NCBI GenBank assembly: GCA_949358305.1
Contig: OX442314.1
Location: 16,120,001 to 16,184,000 of the forward strand
DNA from: Strigamia acuminata
Taxonomy: Eukaryota
DNA length: 64,000 nucleotides
Direction: 5' to 3'
Shown: positions 36,401 through 46,790 of the stretch, piece after piece
Numbering within the stretch: position 1 is the stretch's first letter
Layout of the letters: each line of letters opens with the position of its first letter
Position numbers and translations under genes: made by a program
The notes under the pieces: generated by a model
What the model saw: only the letters and a program-made list of their open reading frames with translations
Databases searched by the model: none
What the model was told of the DNA's origin: nothing

Positions 36401-39400
36401 TTTTAATAATCTTTCGGTGGAATTTTATAAACGGAAGCACGATGCATATCGCGGAGCGTAGTCAACTCCCAAGTGAAAACTGTTGACCACAGGGCTTTGA
36501 GCAGGACGATGGCATTGCAAAGAGGAAGCGGAATCTTTGCAACATCTCAGCCAGTATCTCTCCTTGCTTGCTTACATGTGCAAACAGCGTATACATTTCG
36601 TCGTGCAGGCTGTTTATATAGACTAAACAAACTTAGATACCGTAACTTGATTCATAAAAATAGAAATGGTGATCGTTTTTATTCCATATAAATTCGTTTT
36701 AAAGAGAAAAATTTTATGTATTGTTTTTTTTTTTCTTTTTTAAAAAAATTTTAATTTAAGGTTCATCTTGTGTCTGAACATATTTGGTGCGATGATTATT
36801 TAGTTCGAAGTTTTTATTTGAAAAATTTCAAAACGGGAGAAACGCGGACCGTTACCCAATTTCATTTTTTATCATGGCCTGAAAATGGCGTTCCGGTTTC
36901 GATTAAAGCTCTGTTGGATTTCCGTAGGTAAGAAACTAGTCTTTGTTAATTAATTCCATTAACCATGATTGAATAAAAAAGAAAAGGCGCATTCATAAAT
37001 GCGTTTGTTAAACGTATTTTGTTGTTTAAAATGCGACTGCAAACAGACTAAATCGGCCGCCATTTTTGAAATTAGATCGAAACAAGCAGCTTTAAAAACA
37101 ATTTAAATATGCTGTTTAGTCTAAATATGTTTACGAATGCGCCTTATGACTTACCATAAGTAATTATGGTTTATGGGAAAATCAAATTACCCAAAAAAAA
37201 AAAATATTTTAAAATTAACCGTCGGTGTCAGCAGTCATCTCTGAAAAGTTGATTTGGAGAAAATAAATTCAAAAAAAAAAGAAATAACAATCTTATAAAT
37301 CCTCTAAACCAAATCCTAATTAACACCCGTCATTCAAACACTCGCTCATTCACTCTACAACACTAAAAAAGAAAAGAAAAATCCAAAAGTAACAAATTAA
37401 AAAGAAAAAAGAAAAAAATATTATTATTGTATCAACTTTTGAAGATGGAGGAGGAAAAGAATGTTTTTCTAATTGAAGGGTGAACTGAGTTTAGTCTCCT
37501 TACCTCATCCTGTGTTTAAATTTTGTTGAAAAAAAAAATTTACTACTTCCTGTCATCCACCCGAGTTTTGTTCTGTCATCATTTTTGTGATTTTTGCAAT
37601 TGTGTTTACAACCAAATTGCATAGTCACAAAAGTGATGGGAGAGCCTCGGACCCAGCTGCTAACGATTAACACCACTTAGGCCTATCTGTTGCTGCTACT
37701 GTTGCTGCTGCTGCTGCTGCTGCCTGGCTGCTGTTGTTGCTAAAAGTGCTACCGTCTTCAGTTCGTTACTTTGATCTTACGATTAATTAAACGGCACACA
37801 CTAATTTGTATCATGCAACATTTCATTTTTCTTCTTTTCTCAACACCTGCTCTTGTTTCTTTGTCTTGTTGCAGCAATTTTTTGCTCTTTTTTGGTTTCG
37901 AGATGACTGACACACTGAGAGAGCATCAAAAAATTAAAACCAACGTTTGGTTTACGAGTGAAGCTAAATATAAGCTAAATTATCTTCAATATGTTTCAGC
38001 TTGCGTTAGGTTTTAATCGGGATTTAAAGAAGGCGCGTTCTAATGCATTCGTGGCATCGGTGTTCGTGCCAAATGTAATGAGATCATTTGCTTTCGAGTG
38101 GCCGTGTTTGCATTTCATGCCAGCTAAAACTGAAACTTAATTCGATTTGTGTTTTACATGAAGCGATACTCGTTCCAGGTTTATTATGTTGGCAGTGCAG
38201 AACTTCAAGTTTAAAACCCCTCCTGCAAATGTGCGTTATGAAGCCAAAACACTGCACAGAACAAGATCCTCCCACAAATCCCCGATTGACTTTTGCTGCT
38301 CAGGGGCTCTCAGTGGCTTTCAGTGGCGTGGGCTTCACTATTGCAGGGTAGTTTCGACACTATGTGGCTATTTTTATGCCCCAACTTCGTTTCCACAAGC
38401 TTGAACAAACAAGATTGAACGTTGAACCACATCAAACGTGAGCTTACATGAGTGACAGTGGTTTGTGATGTGAGTGAATGCGCATCATTTGTACGTAATA
38501 TCCAAAATGGCTGCGTGCATTCGTCACTTCTGGACGGAAAACATGGAAACATGATGCGTGATGTCGCACTTGACTTTTGCCTTGTGGAGGTATCCAAGGG
38601 TTTTAAGTTATTCTCTCAGGATGGACGCATCAGATGATTTTAACATTCCTTCATGCATCACCGGAAGCTGCAGAAATGACAGTGATGACTGATGAAAAAC
38701 TGTCGACTCACCTATTTACATCAGTGTCATTTTTGCAGCAAAGATGACACTTGAGGAATGTATTATTCATTGTCACTCACACTCAAGGTGCACCATGTTT
38801 TGAGATTGTTTAATCGGTTATATTATACTGCAACCAAAAATAGCAAACATAAATCTGAAACTAGAGTCGTCGCATCTAAAACACGAATTAAATTCCGTTA
38901 GTTTTCAGTTTTAACCAACTCCCAAGGAAAGGAAGTGGCGTCATTAAATTTAACACCACATTGAAGACACGAGTGTCATGGCATCTATCTCGAATTTCCG
39001 TTAAATCAATTGGGATTAGATTGATTGGTAACAATTTTTAAAGAGAACTCAAAATATTGGCAATTATATTTTATTTGGATGTATTGAATGCCTCTAAAAG
39101 CATTTGGAAGTTTTCTTATTCGTTTTTCAAGTGTATTAATTGTATTATAGATGAAGGCGTTTGGCTGAACAAACAAGATATGAGATCTTTCTGCAATTTT
39201 TTTTTTACTGGTTTTTTCTTTCTTCGAATTTTGTTTTTTGTTTTGTTTTCTTTCCCCTTTTGTTTATCTTTAATTCAATCTGTTGTGGAAACACCTGAAG
39301 AAATAATACAGGTGCACAGATAAAATGGACAGCATTCTGAGATTTAGTTGTGACAAATATAAAATGTTTAGATTTTAGATTTTGTAAAATAAAAGAGAAG

Positions 39401-40076
39401 AAAAAGTAAAATAAGAAATTTCTTTTTTAACAGGAAGGTTAACAAATCATACCGTGGCCGTTCGTGTCCTATTGTAGTACACTGCAGGTAATTTTGATTT
39501 TCTGTTCACTAAATTAGTTTACAATTTGTGTTAATAATTGATTGATAGTGACGGTTCTGGTCGGACTGGAACATACTGCTTAATAGATATGGTACTTAAT
39601 CGAATGGCAAAAGGTAATTATTGATTGCAAAAGATGAGTGTAGGTGAAATTCATCTACCCGGGTGCTTTAGTTAGAATATACGCGTGGATAGACACGTGG
39701 CTTACAACTGCGTTTCACGAATTTAATTTTTGATAGAAATATAACCACTTTAATTTTTGTTTATAATTTTTGTTAAATTTTAGATGACTTCTCCTACACT
39801 TCTGCTTAAAGATATTTGATTAGATTGTAATATATTTTGTACTACATCAAACTCTAGGTGCTAAGGAAATTGATATAGCGGCAACACTTGAACATATCAG
39901 GGACCAGAGACCATATATGGTGAAAACTAAGGTATATTAGAAATGTTTTCTGTATTGTAATCATTTGTATACTAATAACGAGCATTTTGTTTTTAATGAT
40001 TTAGGGACAGTTTGAATTCGTACTCATGGCTGTAGCTGAAGAAGTACACGCTATTTTAAAGGCTTTGCCGCAGTAA
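409..40076 (+). CDS. PTPRN: Receptor-type tyrosine-protein phosphatase-like N (IA-2/PTPRN/PTPRN2 ortholog), 5'-partial, 19 coding exons in window
   Basis: GT-AG exons 409-593, 884-1004, 1380-1576, 1641-1836, 1894-2059, 2127-2213, 2283-2362, 2921-2988, 25199-25387, 33095-33234, 33458-33512, 34652-34873, 34946-35023, 35749-35868, 36761-36927, 39434-39487, 39549-39613, 39858-39931, 40005-40076 join in one open frame. They encode a luminal region ([13 protein letters not shown]; juxtamembrane VTFKV..TGIG), a TM helix ([25 protein letters not shown]), [36 protein letters not shown], and a PTP domain with [17 protein letters not shown] and a C-terminal [13 protein letters not shown], all diagnostic of IA-2. 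Confidence 0.96.
11892..13538 (+). mobile_element. Tc1/mariner (DD34E, IR/DR-type) DNA transposon, full length but inactivated
   Basis: 255-bp terminal inverted repeats at 11892-12146 and 13284-13538 (about 5 mismatches by eye), TA on both flanks (11890-91, 13539-40) and an internal Tc1 transposase. Confidence 0.96.
12236..13261 (+). pseudogene. Tc1-like transposase pseudogene
   Basis: One frame from ATG 12236 with HTH region, [32 protein letters not shown] and GYPTKY. In-frame stops at 12251, 12443 and 12557; the PIEN segment carrying the catalytic Glu is missing near 13057. Confidence 0.93.
20828..21250. mobile_element. MITE (AGGYGCRTTC terminal-repeat family)
   Basis: Left end aggtgcgttcaaagttt and right end aaactttgaatgcgcct are inverted (15/17); non-coding interior with ggcggccattttgaa. 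Confidence 0.7.
25912..26102. mobile_element. MITE (same terminal-repeat family)
   Basis: aataggtgcgttctcaattggttaag versus cttaaccaatttgaacgcactatt form an imperfect ~25-bp inverted repeat. Confidence 0.65.
26447..26584. repeat. Foldback/MITE-like element with 30-bp inverted arms
   Basis: ttgcggatacgctgcggaattgttgcatcc ... ggatgcaacaattccgcagcgtatccgtaa (29/30 complementary); internal direct repeat tgtagcaaaccccgg twice. Confidence 0.8.
28211..28300 (+). pseudogene. 5S rRNA-derived fragment (5S pseudogene or SINE3 head)
   Basis: cacctgttacc..gaacacagaagttaagcagcattgggcctagtca..gtacttggatggtaacc matches the animal 5S core, including box A (gaagttaagc) and box C (gtacttggatgg). It is degenerate and lacks the 3' stem. 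Confidence 0.75.
36984..37145. mobile_element. MITE (same terminal-repeat family)
   Basis: aaggcgcattcataaa ... tttacgaatgcgcctt inverted ends (15/16); central ggccgccatttttgaa as in the 20828 copy. Confidence 0.75.
37571..37645 (+). ncRNA. mir-153: microRNA mir-153 precursor (intronic, sense to IA-2)
   Basis: 3p arm TTGCATAGTCACAAAAGTGATG (37617-37638) matches miR-153; the 5p arm TCATTTTTGTGATTTTTGCAATT (37579-37601) pairs with it across a ~15-nt loop. Confidence 0.96.
37689..37741. repeat. Imperfect (GCT/GTT)n microsatellite
   Basis: gttgctgctactgttgctgctgctgctgctgctgcctggctgctgttgttgct. Confidence 0.7.
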
Positions 40077-42310
40077 CAGGACAACAAAACGAACAAAATA
40101 CTGAAGTAATTATACAAAACAAAATAAAAATATATATAAACATATATATATATACAAAATATATCTGAAGCGGGTGTTAGAAATTTACAATACTGAAACA
40201 ACAACCTTTAATTCTTTGAAAACTCTTTTGAAATATTAATAGATAAATGTAAAAAATTTGTTAATTTACTTTTTACCACGACCAAGACAAGTAACAGTTT
40301 CCATTTTTTTTTATGTTTGTCGTAGAATTCCAGTGCAGCCATATTAACAAAGTGATTAAAGAAAGTATAATATATTGATGCGAGGAGAAAAAACAAAAAA
40401 AAGAAATTGATGTTGTGATAAAGTAGAAATGTTAATATAGATATTTAATATTTAAATATTATTTAATCTATTATTGTTATTACGATTGATAGTTTATTTA
40501 TTCCTCACACCGTCAAGCGCTACATTTAACCAGAAAAAAAAATTGTTTTACTAAAAAATGATCACGAGTGATCTGCTGTTTAGAAGCATTTATTTCTAAA
40601 TTTTGGGATTAACTGGGTTTATATATCTATATAATAGATAATTCATTGGCTGAAATAAAACAATGCAAATTTTTGAGCCCCATTTTTGTAATGAGGACAA
40701 GTGTTCAGTTTTTTTTTTTATTAAATATATGGAAATAGTTTTTAAAAATGAAAAACATTTTAACTAGTGCGAATTTGTGTTCAACTATTTTATTGGTATG
40801 CAATCAAACGGATGTAATGCTGTTAGTGAAATCGCTGGACGGTGAGAACTGAGAATTAAAACGAATTGCAAAATATTTAAAATTAAAAGTATCGTTTGCT
40901 GCTTTTGTTATTTGCTCATGCTTTTTGTCTGTATTAGTTATATATTTATATAATTATGTACAATTAATAATTTATCGGTGCAAAATCCGTCTAAAAATCT
41001 TCTAAAGCTTTTTAAGAAAAAAAAAATTGGATTTGGAAATTTGATGCTAAAAGTAAAAAATTCTAATAATAATTTGAGATAATATGCTAATTAAATTCGC
41101 GTAATTGAACGTTTCGTTTATGTAAAAGTGCACTGAAAGCCGAAAGTGTATTTAAGAGCTACGCAGCAAAGCTTTTGTAAAAAGCTAGCTTTAGACGATC
41201 TCAATCTAATTTGCTCGCTGCTTCTAGAATGTGTTCATATTGTGCCTATGCACAGTCTTTTTTGTGTAGTATATTTTTGGATTATGTTTATTAACTTGAT
41301 AGATGTTTATAGTCCAATTGTATGGTAATGAGCCACACAGCTACACCAATGCCACCGCTTTCTGTTTGTTTGTTATTTTGAAACTGTAGTGGTTTTTATA
41401 TCATTTTTATTGTTATTATTTTCATAAAATTAGTGCTTTAATAAAATTCTGTAAATGATATCAGCAGGTTTAGATTTTTTTTTAAACTTACATTTTAAAT
41501 TTTATTTTTTGTCGTATTTTAATTCTACATATAAATGGAGATTTAATTATTTAAATGTTACAGAGTATATTTTAAATATATATATTTACTTATACTGTAT
41601 ATTTGCTTTTTCTTTTTTTAAATTCCTTCATATTTCCCACACCTATAACCTCCGTATATGATGGTTGGGATAAGAAATGGATCGTCGTATTTACAAAATT
41701 TGTTGGATATATAAATTATAATTAAGTAATTGTAACGTGCAGGTGGAACAAGAAATGATTTTATTATTATTTATTGGTTAACTAAATTGGAAACAGAAAA
41801 AAGAAACACAAATTTAAGTGACGTAAATGACAATCTGCTCTGCAGTATTTATTTTATTTTATTTCTTCGTAAAAAAAAATTAAATTTAAAAACGATCACA
41901 AATTTTTTATTTATTTTTTTTATATTTTTTCTAGTTTCGAAAAATGCCATCCGTGTTAGTATTTTGCTGTGGAAATCGTTTTCGATTGTCATAGCAAACA
42001 TTGAAAAAGAAAAAGAAATAAAAAGTCCTCTGATTACGTATTTTGTAAATAGGTAAAAATTTGTCTTCTGAATTCTTCCGAAATGGAACAAAATAATGCA
42101 AACTGAAACATTTTGTGTATGGATTTTATTGAATTTTATCTGATACAATGAGCAAAAATAAGAAACATCTATTTTGACATAATTGTTATAAACACTACTG
42201 TCTTTTAAACTAAGCCCTTAGAAACGAAACCTGTAATTTATTGTGTAAGCTTAAGATTAAATATTTATGTCTGAGAATTAACAAAAAGAAAATGTGCCGT
42301 TACTTTTTTT

Positions 42311-42490
42311 TAGACTTTGACCGATACCGGTATCGGTATCGGCTATCGGCCGATATTTCGGTATTCACCGATATCGGATCCGATATTTTTTGGCGTGGCC
42401 GATACCGATATTGCTACGTTTTGACGAAAACGATACGTTTCAGACAAAAACGATGCGTTTTAGACGAAAACGGTACGTTTTAGACGAGCA
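42311..42490. repeat. Probable non-autonomous DNA transposon end: CCGATA/TATCGG motif cluster plus ~3.5 copies of a 20-bp tandem unit
   Basis: tagactttgaccgataccggtatcggtatcgg... with repeated ccgata in both orientations (42320-42409), followed by tacgttttagacgaaaacga-type units (42415-42487). No second end found. Confidence 0.6.
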
Positions 42491-42736
42491 GGATAAAACA
42501 AATTTTACTAACCTTATTTATTTTTAAAATCGTGAAACTAAAGTGAATGGGCAGTTTGTTTCTATTATTTTATCGTTAAATAACTGTTTTTGAATATACC
42601 GCTTGGCCGTTTAGCGTCCTCTAGTGTTGGAGTGTCGAATCACCGCCATTTTATTGTTTTATTCGACACTCCAGCGCACTGTACACGTGTAGTCGAAGAG
42701 AAGATCTGAGTGTAATTACGGTGTCAAGTGTCCATA

Positions 42737-44625
42737 ATGGCTGAGAATGAAGCAAAAATTTTATCCGGAACCGAGTTAGCTAAGTAAGAATATGACTTTA
42801 TAACTTTATAAGTTTGTGAAGAATTTATTTAATTTATTTCGTTTAGAGAAATTAAAATTCGACTGACGGAAGAAGTTAAGCGCTTGGTGGAAACAAACAA
42901 AGATTTTGCGCCAGGACTAGCTATCGTGCAGGTGTTAAACGACAATACACCTGAAATAGATCAATATACAATAAACGAAGAATTCAATTGACAAGGAAAA
43001 TGCAATTTTTTTCAGGTCGGTGATCGAGAAGATTCAAATGTGTACATCCGCATGAAATTGAAAGCAGCGTCAGAAATTGGAATCGATGCCAAACATGTCC
43101 GTTTTCCAAACACAATTACTGAAGACGAAGTTAATAAATTAAAATTAAAATTATAATTAAATAATTAAATTCCATACTTTATTTAATTTTTTTTTTTGAA
43201 AAAGCTTTTGAATGAAATTAATAAGTTGAACGAGGACCCTGCTGTGCACGGAATTATAGTTCAAGTACATTTTGTCTTTTAATTTAAATTTCTTTTTATT
43301 GATTAATGAATTAGAACTTCAAATTGAAATTTTTCAGATGCCATTAGATTCTACTAACAAAATTGATAACAACAAAGCAACTGATGCAGTGTCACCACTG
43401 AAAGATGTCGATGGGTATAATTAAAATTTCTATTTACTTATTGCAAATTGAAAACACTAGGTCCATTCATGAAGTAATTTAGACTAAACAACATATTTAC
43501 AAAATGTTTAAACTGCTTGTAAAACTGTTGTTCTCGATCTAACTTCAAATATAGCGACCGATTTACTCTGTTTTCAGTTGCACTGAGCATGCACATGTCA
43601 TTTAAACAACAAAACTTGTTTAACTTGCAAGTTATGAATGCGCCTACTATAGATATTTATAATTTTTATTTTAGATTGCATACTATAAACGCCGGTAAGG
43701 TAGCAAGAGGAGTTTTGGACGATTCATTCATTCCTTGCACGCCCCATGGGTGTTTAGAATTAATTAAAAAATCAGGTTTAAAAAAAATATAACGATTGGC
43801 GCTTGTAATAGAAACTATATATATATATTTAAATATAATAGGAATTACAATTGCGGGCAGTCGAGCTGTAGTCGTAGGCCGCAGTCGAATTGTTGGCATG
43901 CCCATGGCTGAGTTGCTGATTTGGAATAATGCCACCGTTACTACATGTCACACTAAAACTAAGGAAATGGAGAAAGTTGTTAGTTACAATTTGTAATTGA
44001 TTAATTTTTTAAAAGCTAATAGTATTTTGCTTTTTAGATAAACGAGGCTGACATTTTAGTTGTTGCTGCTGGCAGACCTAATATGATCAAAGGTGATTGT
44101 ATCAAACCTGGAGCTGTGGTCATCGATTGTGGTATCAATTCAATTCCTGGTATTCAAAGTTGTTAATTATAAAGACGATGTAATTTGATAAAGATTCATT
44201 TAGATTCGAGTCGAAAATCTGGTCAAAGATTGGTCGGTGACGTTGACTTTGATAGTGCCAAACTGAAAGCATCTCATATTACTCCAGTTCCAGGCGGTGT
44301 AGGGCCGTTGACTGTCGCCATGTTGATGCATAACACTGTTCAAGCTGCTGGTCGCAATTTTCGCAATCCAAGGGTATGTAGTGTAATGTGATGAATAAAA
44401 TTTATCATCCTGGTTTATTGGTTAAATTTAAATTTAAGACTTTACTGTTTTGAGAAAAATTCTATACTGTACGAGCGTATACTTATTTTTTTGATTATTT
44501 TTTTACAAAAAAATGCATAATTTGAAATTTATTAATCATATTACGAGCATGTGGTTGTTATCAGTTGGAATTATTTATTAGTTGCCACAATGAAATTCTT
44601 TATTTAGGTTGCATCTGATATCTAA
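42737..44625 (+). CDS. MTHFD1: Methylenetetrahydrofolate dehydrogenase/cyclohydrolase, MTHFD1-type N-terminal (D/C) domain only, ~306 aa
   Basis: Exons 42737-42783, 42847-42931, 43016-43129, 43205-43264, 43338-43414, 43675-43775, 43842-43978, 44038-44149, 44204-44373 and probable last exon 44608-44625. Motifs [53 protein letters not shown]. The last exon is uncertain (alternatives: read-through to 44391 or 44845-44859). Confidence 0.9.
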
Positions 44626-46790
44626 TGTTTGTTTAGCTCGTAGTAACGAGTTCCATTTGATACCAGTTTGTTTTCTTAAATTTTCTTTTTAGAAAAAAAT
44701 AATAATGATTTATACCTATAATCGTTTGGTACGGGTTCTCGTTTATAAAGATAAATATTTGGCATAATGTGTAATTTATGTGATAATAAACTATTTTTTT
44801 CTACATTATTATTTTTATATTTTTTTTTAAATTTTTATTTCCAGACTGCAAATGAATAATTGCTCAAACCGTAACTGAAACTGCAGGGACCAAACTTTAG
44901 ATATTTGAATGTATTAACTTTTCTGAAAGCATTTATTTGAATTTGATATTTTTGAATTATAAAAATATAACTTTTTTTATAACCAGATTTGTGTGTTTTG
45001 TACGATATATTTGTTTAAATCAAATGCGTTGCTATATTTTTTGAATTGTCATTGATTTTTGATAGTTTATTTTGATGTAACTTAACTATCAAAAAGAATT
45101 AAAATATTTACAAAATTGTCTCACTGTGCAAGTTGTAATTAGTCTGGATTGCGCTTCGTTCAAATTATAAATTTTGTTCCGAAAAATGGAAATATGAAAA
45201 ATATAAATATATTTTTTTAAAAAAAAAAGATTTCATAAGGAAAAATTAATTTTCACGAAGTTTTTGTTATTAATTTGCGATGCTATCACGAATCGTGACG
45301 TCTTGCACGCCATGGCCTGATAACCCAATCCTTTCCTCCTCCACACTCAGTGGCTTGGGTGTTTGCGATTAGAAATTTAGAAAAGGTGGTATGAAATGAG
45401 CGGCATTTTTTTTCCATCGCTTTAAAAACAAATTATAATTTTAATTCTAAACACGAACAAAATTATATTATGATAATATAGTATTATATTTAAATTGCCA
45501 AAATTAAGAAATAATTTTATAATAAAAGCATTATTAAAGAGTTAACCGTTACTTTTCGTTTTTCACATTTTAACTTTTAGTGTTCGCTCAGCGAAACGAA
45601 GGCGTCCTTCCTTCTGTTGATTTCCAGGTAAGGTTGTTTCTCGGTAAGCTATCAATCTATTTAAAATTACGAGCCGATGGGAGTAAGTTTTGCTTGCAGT
45701 ACTGAAATATAATAATGGTAGATCAAGCACTAACAAATTATGATCGATCTGCTACAATTAAAATTAATAATTCTTTAACCCGCAGTTTATACGATTATAC
45801 CCTGAACGCACATGTTTCAATGCCCTTTTTCTTCAAATTTAAATACCCCAATGCCGAAAACCCCATCTTAGTTTAACGCATTCCACGTATTTTTGGTTTA
45901 AAAATTTGTATAACTGATTAGAAAGCATTATTAGTGTTGATTACGATTTCACCCGGCGAATTGAGTCTGGCGATTGTCTAACATTTTTTTCCTCATTGCA
46001 GGGAATGGGATTGGCAAGATAAATTACTTTACTATCTATTAAAGGTAGATTTCAGTTTTTTTAAATCTGCACTATTGAAAAATTATTAATTTGTTTGTGA
46101 CATCTGTTCATCTATTGAATTGTGCCAACAAAACTATTGCATAAGTTTTACTGACGGAAAGTTTTAAATTTGACATCATTCAATGTGTGTTGAGATATAT
46201 AAAAAAAAATCATTGAAATTTAAGTAAAAAGGTTTGCTACGTTGTATTTAAAAATATATCAAGCGATTAATACGCGTCAATATATTGATTATGATATCAA
46301 AAGTGAATATAAAACCAACTACACCTTGAACTTGCTGTTAAACTTAGTTTTATTACGACTGCAGTGCGAATTAAAATAAATTCTGTACAACAAAATAAGA
46401 AGAAAGTCGATTGGTTGAAATTTTAGAAATTAATCGTTTTTATTATTTATTTTGGGTAAACAATTTTTTTCCTGATCAAAGTTTACATTGAATCGTCTAA
46501 AAAATTCGCAATAAAGTATTAGTCATACAATTATGGAATGAAAAAGTCTGTTGAAATGACATGTGATTAAATGGAAAATGTGAATATTGAATTTATGAGC
46601 AGCAGGATGGGGGCAAAATTCACTTTATATTGTATGGTATTAATGGATTTCGTTTATTTTTTGTAGATCAGATCTCGTTTCAAATGAATCTCTCTTGTTA
46701 AGATGGAGACGACTAGATGCCTATGATGGAGATAGTACTTAGTGGCTTCGAAAACTATTTTTCCTGTCGATATTTCATCTTATTTCCACG

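Noticed and set aside
37625..37670. Possible alternative terminal exon of IA-2 (..[17 protein letters not shown]) after catag
   Set aside because: The sequence is the mature miR-153 arm; the acceptor lacks a good pyrimidine tract and the miRNA explains it.
37689..37741. Poly-Gln/Ala/Ser coding exon
   Set aside because: Flanked by stops, no convincing splice sites; simple microsatellite.
42241..42483. 80-aa RYRY-rich ORF or CRISPR-like array
   Set aside because: Product of short tandem motifs; no spacers, no cas genes, eukaryotic context.
42737..44625. MTHFD2/NMDMC mitochondrial bifunctional enzyme
   Set aside because: No presequence and motifs look MTHFD1-like; phylogeny would settle it.
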